Of a DNA stretch of 64,000 bases, positions 62,763 to 64,000 are shown in pieces (within the stretch, counting starts at the first letter, position 1; each line of letters opens with the position of its first letter). The position numbers and the translations under genes were made by a program. This DNA comes from Phoronis australis (taxonomy: Eukaryota > Animalia > Phoronida), in the NCBI GenBank assembly GCA_002633005.1, contig NMRA01000347.1, forward strand, positions 412,234-476,233, in the 5' to 3' direction. The notes under the pieces were generated by a model. That model worked only from the letters and a program-made list of their open reading frames with translations. It was not told the origin of the DNA and ran no database searches.

Positions 62763-64000
62763 ATCGCGGGTTGAGAATAATTGCCACCAACGGATTTGAA
62801 GCACCGCAATTAAAGATTTTCTGATCGTTCGATACTCTCCCAACAGCAAAAATCAAAACCTCTGACACGTCGTTTTAGTTATATACGGGATCAGGGCCCG
62901 GAGGTAGGCTCCATGACGTAGACCAATACGCCAACAATGACCGTCTAAGCGCATGCTCTGTACAAAGGCGCGTGAGCGTTTATTAATAGCTGAAAACAAA
63001 TGATCAGCGGACAGCGGCAAGTAGGTTATGCGCAAATATTGACGGAGTCACGTAACGCGCACTGGAATTAAGTGGCTATCAGATTAATTACAGTATATGA
63101 TAAATCTGCTTGGTGTTGAAACTAGACTTTTTATTGAAATCGTGGACACGTTTTTAAAGAAAAGAATATAGGCCTACAGATCTAGGGAATGAACGACTTA
63201 AAATGTCTCAACGCGCAATTTTCAAGAGCTAGCTTACAAAAAGTGCCCGAACGCATCGCTTACACTAGCGTCGTGAGGCACAGTGACCTTTCAACGCTGA
63301 TTTGCTTACGGTATAGATTTTGTTCTCATCGTCAAAAGCCGATGGAAGCATGACTTCACCTACCAATTAGATTGGCAGATATATTCATGTAATTCTGGAA
63401 TTTTGAAACACTAATTTTTAAATTTTGAGAGAAAAGTAAACTTTTCTACCTGCGTTCGGGTGTTCACTGAATATTTGCCACTAAAAGTTAGCTAGTAAAT
63501 ATTTCGACATGCTTTCAACACTTTTTCTCTATGGTCTCAACTCATACATTGACGTCATTGATTATAGCCCCAGTCTTCAGCCATTGGATTTTAATTTACA
63601 TGTATTTAAAGTATAATTTATAGGTATCTGAACTCACGGACGGAACACAACAGCTCCCTCTGTAGTCTCCTATAAGACCCTGCAGTTTTCATGCTTGTGA
63701 ACTCAAGCACGCTTAAAAGGACGGTGAAATGTCTCACACAGAAAATTAATAAATTATTGATATTAACGGAAATTAATTATTTCCACAGGGAAGGTTATAG
63801 TTCAGTCTCGTAAATGAAAACGGCCGAGATTAAAATACAACGTGATTCAGTTGGATTCGTAAGGGAGGCATTGTATCAGAGCAGGCATTAGAGAGAAATG
63901 ATAGAAAGACGGGGAAGGAGGGGTGCAAGGATAAAGGGGAAAGGGGAGTGGGAGGCGAGAGGGGAATGGAGGCAGACGAGCGACGGGGAGATAGAGAGGA

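Overview
Intron-rich eukaryotic DNA from a metazoan, probably a marine invertebrate; the species cannot be named from the sequence. Four spliced protein-coding genes can be assembled by hand. (1) The 5' half of a PNPLA6/7 (neuropathy target esterase / swiss cheese) gene on the minus strand runs off the left edge. (2) A complete SET/TAF-I histone chaperone gene on the minus strand has a U12-type intron and a candidate second first exon. (3) A meiotic MSH4 gene on the plus strand has two 13-nt microexons and an uncertain 5' end. (4) A dopamine/tyramine beta-hydroxylase gene on the minus strand lies tail-to-tail with MSH4. Introns carry MITEs (two with clear 5-bp target duplications), tRNA-derived SINE relics and tandem repeats. 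Two duplications centred on single N bases look like assembly or haplotype artefacts. I found no clearly new multi-gene system. The most unusual signals are decayed tandem copies of PNPLA6/7 exon pieces with their splice sites at two sites, a possible back-to-back SET/MSH4 promoter, and a gene set whose human orthologues lie on related chromosome 1/9/19 regions. All coordinates were read by eye.
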